A DNA stretch of 12,630 bases from the NCBI GenBank assembly GCA_050178385.1, contig JBFXGD010000088.1:1257-13886 (forward strand). The letters run 5' to 3'. Source of the DNA: Calditrichaceae bacterium (GTDB taxonomy: Bacteria > Calditrichota > Calditrichia > Calditrichales > JBFXGD01). Numbering within the stretch: the stretch's first letter is position 1; every line of letters begins with the position of its first letter. Below the pieces are notes generated by a model that was not told the origin of the DNA, did no database searches, and saw nothing but the letters and a program-made list of their open reading frames with translations. The position numbers and the translations under genes are program-made. Below are positions 6,531-12,630 of the stretch, piece by piece.

Positions 6531-7103
6531 TTAATTAAATATTCCATAAAGAAGAAGAAACACCACCGGGATCAGAACCCCGGTCGTCGCGAGCCAGGCT
6601 CCTCTGCCCTTAATTCCATTTTTCCCTTTTAAAATAAACAAACCGGATATAGCGAGAAACAATAGGACAAATCCGTAAATATCCGAAATAAATGTCCAGA
6701 TCTTATTTGCTTTGTTTAAATGTAAAAATTTAAAATAATGAAACATAAAATGATCTTTAAAAATAGTCTGCCTGACATCACCGCTCTGCAGATTAAGTTC
6801 CAGTATATTCGCTCTGGGAGTGCTTCCTTTGAGTAAAATCTTTAAAACATCAGGAGACAGCTTTGCGACAGATATTACACTATCTTCAATGCTTAGTTGT
6901 TTAAGCGCCACCCCGGCAATCTCTTCATCACCTGAAACTTTTATAGGGTTAATTTTTAATTCTATCACTTTCTTTTTATAAACAAAACTCCAGTCATTGA
7001 TATGATTTAACAGGATACCTGAAACAGCAAAAACAATTGTCAGACCAACGGCCAGATATCCAAGATCACGATGTAATAGGTTGTTCCACTTTCTCCACTT
7101 CAA
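6531..7103 (-). CDS. PepSY-associated TM helix domain protein
   Basis: LHRDLGY..VSGILLNH N-terminal TM motif, second LH motif (FLHLNK), W..SD and SGLF. TTG start preceded by a strong SD AAGGAGG at 7120..7114. Confidence 0.85.
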   Translation of the reverse strand: MKWRKWNNLLHRDLGYLAVGLTIVFAVSGILLNHINDWSFVYKKKVIELKINPIKVSGDEEIAGVALKQLSIEDSVISVAKLSPDVLKILLKGSTPRANILELNLQSGDVRQTIFKDHFMFHYFKFLHLNKANKIWTFISDIYGFVLLFLAISGLFILKGKNGIKGRGAWLATTGVLIPVVFLLLYGIFN

Positions 7104-7124
7104 TTTTCGAGTTCCTCCTTAAAC

Positions 7125-7152
7125 AAAAAAAACCGCCATCTATGCGGTTTTT
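7125..7152 (-). terminator. Intrinsic terminator directly upstream of the PepSY-TM RBS
   Basis: Minus strand AAAAACCGC-ATAGATG-GCGGTTTTTTTT: GC-rich stem followed by 8 U. Confidence 0.75.
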
Positions 7153-7306
7153 CGGTCAATTACAATATGAATAATATACCGCTTTAGTTAATCCCCAACC
7201 CCCTGATGTATAACTTTTATATATTTTGTGATTCATCCCCGTCGATTCACTTTGGACGGACAATCTGTTGATTAATGCTTAAATCAGCGATTTTTCCGCG
7301 CGGTCT

Positions 7307-7335
7307 AATTTAATCAATAGATTTATCTTATGCAA
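7307..7335 (-). promoter_or_regulatory. Candidate sigma70-type promoter in the spmB / PepSY-TM intergenic region
   Basis: TTGCAT (7335..7330), 17-nt spacer, TAAATT (7312..7307). Confidence 0.4.
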
Positions 7336-7361
7336 AGATGTATCCGTCACATTTTTAATTT

Positions 7362-7901
7362 TCAGAATAATAATCTGCATATCAGAACAGCCGTTATCAA
7401 ACCCGCTGCGTCAGCCAATAACCCGGCCGGAAGAGCATATCTTGTGTTTCGGATGTTCACCGCGCCGAAATAAACGGCAATGACATAAAAAGTCGTCTCA
7501 GTGCTGCCGAACATGGTTGATGCCATAAACCCAAAAAGTGAATCAACGCCATAGGTATTCATGATTTCTGTCATTACACCCAAAGATCCGCTGCCGGAAA
7601 GAGGGCGCATTAGGGCCATTGGCAGCACTTCAGAGGGCATTCCTATCAGCGCTGTAAGGGGACTGACAAGGACAGTGAAAAAATCCAGCGCCCCGCTGGC
7701 CCGAAGCATGGCAATCGCCACCAGCATTGCCACCAGATAAGGTATAATCTTTACTCCTATATTGAATCCTTCTTTAGCCCCTTCAACAAAAGTCTCATAT
7801 ACTTTCACTTTTTTTAGACCGCCGTACCCCAAAAACACCAGAATAATGAGCGGGATGGCAAGAATAGACAGCCAGTCGATTGAAGTTTTTAGAATTTCCA
7901 T
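7362..7901 (-). CDS. spmB: SpmB-family membrane protein (nucleoside-recognition Gate domain)
   Basis: KVKVYETFVEGAKEGF, MRPLSGSGSLG, GSTETTFYVIAVYFGAV and RYALPAGLLAD; SD GGGAGAGGA. Confidence 0.92.
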   Translation of the reverse strand: MEILKTSIDWLSILAIPLIILVFLGYGGLKKVKVYETFVEGAKEGFNIGVKIIPYLVAMLVAIAMLRASGALDFFTVLVSPLTALIGMPSEVLPMALMRPLSGSGSLGVMTEIMNTYGVDSLFGFMASTMFGSTETTFYVIAVYFGAVNIRNTRYALPAGLLADAAGLITAVLICRLLF

Positions 7902-7913
7902 AGTCCTCTCCCG

Positions 7914-8576
7914 CTATTTAGACCTTTTATGTTGATATCTTTGAATTAATTTAACCGTAGTAACGCCCACCAGTGTCGCCATACTCGCCGCGATAATGGA
8001 AGGGATAACAATTTGCTGAGGATTCACTGACCCGAGAGATGCTCTGATGGCGATGGCGGTGGCGGGCACAATGGTAATGGCGCTGGTATTAATAACCAGA
8101 AATGTGATCATATCATCACTGGCCGTGCCTTTTTTTGGATTAATTTTTTCCAGCTCATCCATTGCTTTCAACCCGAGAGGAGTTGCCGCATTACTCAAGC
8201 CAAGCATATTAGCCGCAATGTTCATAAGCATGGCGCCGATGGCCGGATGATCAGACGGTATTGCCGGGAAAAGCCTTTTTGTGACCGGGCGGACAATTCG
8301 GGCCAGAATTTTTATCATCCCTGCTTCTTCCGCTACTTTCATAATCCCCAGCCAGAGAGCCATCACCCCTATCAGGCCTATTGATATTTCTACAGCCGTG
8401 CCTGCAGCCTTTATAGCAGCGGTGGTTACCTGCCCCAGCTTTGTTTCCTCATTCAAATTCCGTTTCTGATTGACGCACTCGACCGGCACCGGCTCTGATA
8501 CTTCGGTATAAATATCTATGCCCGCCGCGACGAGGATGCTCAGTACGATCATCCAAAGCCAGATATGATTTAACAT
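7914..8576 (-). CDS. spmA: SpmA-family membrane protein (nucleoside-recognition Gate domain)
   Basis: MLNHIW start, LWLGIMKVAEEAG, ANMLGLSNAATPLGLKAM and FLVINTS; SD GGGAGG at 8586..8581; 12 nt from spmB. Confidence 0.92.
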   Translation of the reverse strand: MLNHIWLWMIVLSILVAAGIDIYTEVSEPVPVECVNQKRNLNEETKLGQVTTAAIKAAGTAVEISIGLIGVMALWLGIMKVAEEAGMIKILARIVRPVTKRLFPAIPSDHPAIGAMLMNIAANMLGLSNAATPLGLKAMDELEKINPKKGTASDDMITFLVINTSAITIVPATAIAIRASLGSVNPQQIVIPSIIAASMATLVGVTTVKLIQRYQHKRSK

Positions 8577-8790
8577 AAAACCTCCCGGTTGGATCTGTTA
8601 ATAATCCCGTTTCTGTAATTTCAGATGTTACTTATTTTAAATTTTAAATTCAACTCCCTGTCAATATGCAGTTTATCCGGCTTTTAACATCCGGGAATTG
8701 TGATATGGTGCACAATAGCAACATACTCATATTTTTTATATATTTAATGGTTTAATTGACAAGCGGGATGACAAAACTTCCGGAGATATT

Positions 8791-9723
8791 TTGGACAGAA
8801 GAGATCAATTCGATTATTTTGAGCTGCGCTGGTATGATCGGATTGACCGAAGATTTTCAGCTATCCTGTTCCTTTGTCTTATACTGACTTTTACATGGGT
8901 TTATATTGCCGCTAATTTTAACTATGATAAGTTTCAAACCGAGGTCCGCTCACAAATCATCACAAAATACAAACAGTTCGCTGCTGAACTAATCATTGAA
9001 CCGCCAGAAATATCTGATATGGCAGTGGATTCAGAATCACTGTCTTTTTCCGAAACGGAAAGTACGCGGGAAACTCCCGAACGTATTTCTCCCGGGGAAA
9101 GACGCGACCGCGAAAGGAAACGAATCGAAGATGAAATAGGGAAAAGTGAGTTTATGTCATCTATCGCCAGATCAGATCCATATGCCGATCTGCCTGATCC
9201 TGAGACAGATTTCCTGTTTGATGACGGGAGATCTTTTATTGAATTAGAACGCCCGTCTCCTGAAAGCCGGATAATACCATCCGGAAGATCCGGTCATGAT
9301 AATTTTGACGCCGGAACACTTGATGATCCTTTAAAGAGCCCTTTTAATTACAAACTGGAAAGAAGAGGCGCGGCTTATATCGAGTTCACGGATGAACTCC
9401 TGCGCCAGCCCGATGAACCCAACGGTTATCGTGATCCTGAAGAAATCAACCGGGTAATATATGACTACCGGCCGATGATTGAGTACTGTTTCAGGAAAGG
9501 CTCCAGACTCAACACCGGCATGAAGGGTTATATAAAAGTGCAATTCAGGATATCCTACAAGGGCCATGTTCTGCCGGAGAGCATAAAAATTATCGGCTCA
9601 ACCATTCATGACCGGAACGTCGAGCAATGTATTAAGAATTACATCAGCCGCTGGCGCAATTTTAAACGCCTGGATGAAACAATGGGGATCGCTAAAGTTG
9701 TCCAAAAATTTGTTTTTAATTAG
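8791..9723 (+). CDS. Single-pass membrane protein with an AgmX/PglI-like (TonB-C-like) C-terminal domain
   Basis: TTG start after GGAGA; one N-terminal TM helix; acidic, Pro/Ser-rich linker; C-terminal RDPEEINRVI..IEYCFRK..GYIKVQFRI..G.V..STI....VEQCI..F with the characteristic Cys pair. Confidence 0.75.
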   Translation: MDRRDQFDYFELRWYDRIDRRFSAILFLCLILTFTWVYIAANFNYDKFQTEVRSQIITKYKQFAAELIIEPPEISDMAVDSESLSFSETESTRETPERISPGERRDRERKRIEDEIGKSEFMSSIARSDPYADLPDPETDFLFDDGRSFIELERPSPESRIIPSGRSGHDNFDAGTLDDPLKSPFNYKLERRGAAYIEFTDELLRQPDEPNGYRDPEEINRVIYDYRPMIEYCFRKGSRLNTGMKGYIKVQFRISYKGHVLPESIKIIGSTIHDRNVEQCIKNYISRWRNFKRLDETMGIAKVVQKFVFN

Positions 9724-10366
9724 CAGTTCTCACATGTGCTTTTTTCTGTTTAGCCATTAGTTTCTGAAATACTTCTCTGGTGCGTTCTTTCAGTTCATCA
9801 AGGGTTGCATCATTCGTAATCACATAATCCGCCCATTTAACTTTGTCCTCCAGGGGAATTTGTTTATCAACCCTTTCCATAAACTGCCGTCTGATCATTC
9901 CGTCCCGCCCTATCACTCTCATCTGCCTCAGATTCAGGGGTGCGTTGACTACAACTACAAAATCAAAAAATTTTTCAATACTGATTTCATAAATCAAGGC
10001 GGCATCGACAATGACAATCGGAAACCGTTGAGAAAATCTGGCTTTTTCCATCTCTTCAATGAGACATTCCACCATTCTCGGGTGAACGAGGTGATTTAAT
10101 TTCATCGTGCTGAGTTCATCCTTAAACGCAAGTTCGGCAAGCTTCTTGCGGTCAAGTTCACCATTTTCCATAAAAACCCCGTTCCCGAATGTATTTTTTA
10201 ATAAACGCTGCAAATTCCGGTCTTTTTGTATCACTTCACGCGCCTTTAGATCGGCGTTTATTACTTTACAGGACATCTTCTCAAAAAATTCACATACAGT
10301 TGACTGTCCACTACCTATTCCACCGGTAACACCCACTACAAGCGGATTTTTATATTGTCTGCGCAT
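9716..10366 (-). CDS. coaE: Dephospho-CoA kinase with an atypical P-loop (GGIGSGQST)
   Basis: VVGVTGGIGSG.STV, GELDRKKLAELAF, LNHLVHP, RVIGRDG, KQIP and ADYVITN; 216 aa. Confidence 0.92.
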   Translation of the reverse strand: MRRQYKNPLVVGVTGGIGSGQSTVCEFFEKMSCKVINADLKAREVIQKDRNLQRLLKNTFGNGVFMENGELDRKKLAELAFKDELSTMKLNHLVHPRMVECLIEEMEKARFSQRFPIVIVDAALIYEISIEKFFDFVVVVNAPLNLRQMRVIGRDGMIRRQFMERVDKQIPLEDKVKWADYVITNDATLDELKERTREVFQKLMAKQKKAHVRTAN

Positions 10367-10369
10367 CTG

Positions 10370-12630
10370 TTACCTCACTATTACAATTTTTCCAGATTTA
10401 TCATAACCTGCTGATTTGATTATAAATATATATACTCCGGTTGCCACCCGTTTTCCATCGGTATCCTTGAGATCCCAGGAAATTCCTCCAAAATCCGGCA
10501 ATTTATTAATATTCCTTATGAGCTTTCCGTTTATACTATAAATATAGATTTCGGCTCTCTCCGGAATACCTCCAAAAATAATTTCGTCATGATACGGCCT
10601 GACAGGGTTCGGGTAAACAATAAAATCATCTTTTAATGTGGCTTCAGTTAAAAGATTGATTTTGCCCGTTTCGTCAAGCTCAACCCCATTTTCCCCTTTC
10701 AGATTGTTCAGGATGAGATATGACGGTTGTCCAAATGAACCGGCAAAACTTTTCCGGTCCAGACTCAGCTCGACAATCCTGCCATCCTTATCTGTATTCA
10801 GTGCATCTGTCACCTCTCCCGAAGGCACCAGTTCATAATTATCCCTGTTCATGAGCTGCATCCGATCCATTGAGACGCTGAATCTCAACTTCAAATGATA
10901 CCGGTCTAAAATTTCAATTTGCTCCAGATAAGGTTTTTCAGGTTTCCGATCAAAAATATATTGAGTAAAATTATATTTTTCATCTACCGGCACACCGTCC
11001 TGATCTGTTATATTCCGTACATTTACAGTATCCGTTTGCCCGTCTTTAAAGGCTTCATTAAAACTGACCAAAAGTTGTTTTTTGTCTTTTATATTCAAAA
11101 CTGATGTCGCGATCCGGTAATTCTGCGATGTAAATATATTATAATTCCGGATATCCGGTACCAGTACATTCTCATTGAAAGTCAATATTAACTGCCGTTC
11201 ATTGATCACATCCGCTTTGACTAATCTCGGGGGATAACTTGTTTTCGCCGAGTCCGTATCGCAAAGAAATCCTTCAGGAATTATATAAACCGAATCGATT
11301 GCCGAAACCGCGTAATAGTATAATTTTTCCGATTCTAACCCCGTATCCGTAAATTCCGCATCAGATGTATATGCTAACAATGTGAGCTCATCGTACCGGC
11401 TGCCGCGATAAACCGCGTAATTTCCGGCAGTTGCCGCACTTCCCCACCACAACCTTATCCGGGTACTGTCAAGAGGCTGTACTCTCAACGGATACGGAGC
11501 GGCCGGTCTGTTGGCACTCGCCCGGGTAAATCCGGTAATGTTGTTTCCATCATTAAAATAAAATTCATCATTACCGTCACCATCCATATCGTCTATCAAA
11601 ATCGAATTGGATCTTGAACGCGATGTATGCCAGATAGCTTGTAAACCATCTTCCTCAATAGCGAAAATATACATATTAGGAAAAAAAGAAACAAACAAAC
11701 ATGGACGATTGTCAAAATAAGATATGGATATTCCGCTGTCATAGTCACGTGTGGAAAAGTACCCATAGAAATTTAAGGTGTCCCGCGGAACCAGTTTTCC
11801 GTCATAATCACGATACCGGAAACGCTCCAAGGTCCAGTAACGGGCATCAAATTCATGCTCATAATTCAGATTGTCTATTGTATGTGTAGCTGCAAATACA
11901 TCCGCAAGTGATAAAACGCTGTCCTTTGCGGCCAGCATTTCAGTAGCGTCGGGAAACCTCGTCCGTCCTGTCGCCAGTACAACAAAATTATTGTCTCCCA
12001 TGCTGCTGTAAGTGATTAAATCGCCGTCGTAATCCCCGAACGTCAGATCGTTCAGATGATCTCCGTTAACATCGTTATTCAGCACTAAAGGCACCCCGTA
12101 GCGATTCAATCCCTGAGTCGGATTGCTTAAAACACCAATTTCATTAAAATTATTATCACCCGCCGATTCCAGCAGGACATAATCCCCCTTTTTTCTACCC
12201 GCAAGCTCAATCAGCCCATCTCCGTCAAGATCCGAATATCCGGCCGCCCAGAATTCGGTTGTATCAACCCAGACAATTTTTACCGGAAAATTATATTCTG
12301 ATGTTGATTCGAGAATATAAGCATCGTCTCCGTATCCCAGAAGAATATCGCTTAATCCGTCATGATCCGCGTCGCCGGCATCCCGCGGAATTGCGCTGAA
12401 GGATGTTTGCGCCCTTTTTTCAAACCGACCATTTTCAAATTCATATATTTCAACCGGGCCGAACATATTTTCCTCATCATAGCGGCTGATGATGATCTCT
12501 TTCTTACCGTCGTGATCGAGATCCGTGCTTTTATTCAGCATATATCCGGCAGGTATGGTCCAGTCAACCTTATTAAATGTTTCTTTTGTGATTATCGTAT
12601 TGTTTTCAAACGTATAAAATTCCCCGTCAT
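10370..12630 (-). CDS. Large secreted protein, 5'-truncated: FG-GAP/VCBS-like repeats, FN3, Ig-like domains and a T9SS type A / FlgD-Ig C-terminal domain
   Basis: The frame stays open from 12541 to the window edge (DGEFYTFENNTIITKETFNKVDWTIPAGY before the track's Met). Repeated DxDxDG..E/D loops; FN3-like IRLWW..YAVYR..FTDTGL..YYYAVSAID; C-terminal VYPNP..IYSINGKLI..WDLKDTDGKRVATGVYIF..GKIVIVR. Confidence 0.88.
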   Translation of the reverse strand, partial: DGEFYTFENNTIITKETFNKVDWTIPAGYMLNKSTDLDHDGKKEIIISRYDEENMFGPVEIYEFENGRFEKRAQTSFSAIPRDAGDADHDGLSDILLGYGDDAYILESTSEYNFPVKIVWVDTTEFWAAGYSDLDGDGLIELAGRKKGDYVLLESAGDNNFNEIGVLSNPTQGLNRYGVPLVLNNDVNGDHLNDLTFGDYDGDLITYSSMGDNNFVVLATGRTRFPDATEMLAAKDSVLSLADVFAATHTIDNLNYEHEFDARYWTLERFRYRDYDGKLVPRDTLNFYGYFSTRDYDSGISISYFDNRPCLFVSFFPNMYIFAIEEDGLQAIWHTSRSRSNSILIDDMDGDGNDEFYFNDGNNITGFTRASANRPAAPYPLRVQPLDSTRIRLWWGSAATAGNYAVYRGSRYDELTLLAYTSDAEFTDTGLESEKLYYYAVSAIDSVYIIPEGFLCDTDSAKTSYPPRLVKADVINERQLILTFNENVLVPDIRNYNIFTSQNYRIATSVLNIKDKKQLLVSFNEAFKDGQTDTVNVRNITDQDGVPVDEKYNFTQYIFDRKPEKPYLEQIEILDRYHLKLRFSVSMDRMQLMNRDNYELVPSGEVTDALNTDKDGRIVELSLDRKSFAGSFGQPSYLILNNLKGENGVELDETGKINLLTEATLKDDFIVYPNPVRPYHDEIIFGGIPERAEIYIYSINGKLIRNINKLPDFGGISWDLKDTDGKRVATGVYIFIIKSAGYDKSGKIVIVR

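Noticed and set aside
8634..8761. TTGACA hexamers in the divergent spmA / AgmX-like intergenic region (minus 8664..8659; plus 8756..8761)
   Set aside because: Neither has a convincing -10 box at 16-18 nt spacing (the best is TAAAAT at 19 nt on the minus strand), so no promoter was called.
8047..11889. Track ORFs 8047..8250, 8281..8469, 9331..9567, 9860..10099, 10107..10406, 10638..10838, 10919..11104 and 11701..11889
   Set aside because: Antisense shadows of spmA, the AgmX-like gene, coaE and the large secreted protein.

Overview
Bacterial chromosomal window, almost entirely minus-strand. It is probably from an FCB-group organism such as a Calditrichota/Ignavibacteria/Chlorobi relative; this is inferred from the T9SS/FlgD-type C-terminal domain and the tmRNA tag ADYNYAMAA. 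Read right to left: a 5'-truncated large secreted FG-GAP/FN3/Ig protein, coaE (Walker-A Lys replaced by Gln), a convergent plus-strand AgmX/PglI-C-terminal-like membrane protein, spmA-spmB, a PepSY-TM gene sitting directly behind a terminator, glgA, an LHPP-like HAD phosphatase, a PAS-PAS hybrid histidine kinase, a DCC-family oxidoreductase, tmRNA, a 43-aa membrane peptide and tRNA-Gly(GCC). The most unusual structure is at the left end. Where tRNA-Cys would normally follow tRNA-Gly there is a head-to-tail array with a 306-bp period that runs off the window. Each unit is a broken tRNA-Cys(GCA): 5' half intact through A37, a perfect 15-bp palindrome CCCGCC-TTA-GGCGGG, a T-arm remnant and no 3' acceptor strand. 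It is fused with no spacer to the ATG of an 80-aa GIY-YIG nuclease whose stop codon lies 1 nt before the next tRNA copy. This looks like a tRNA-targeted, tandemly amplified minimal nuclease element.
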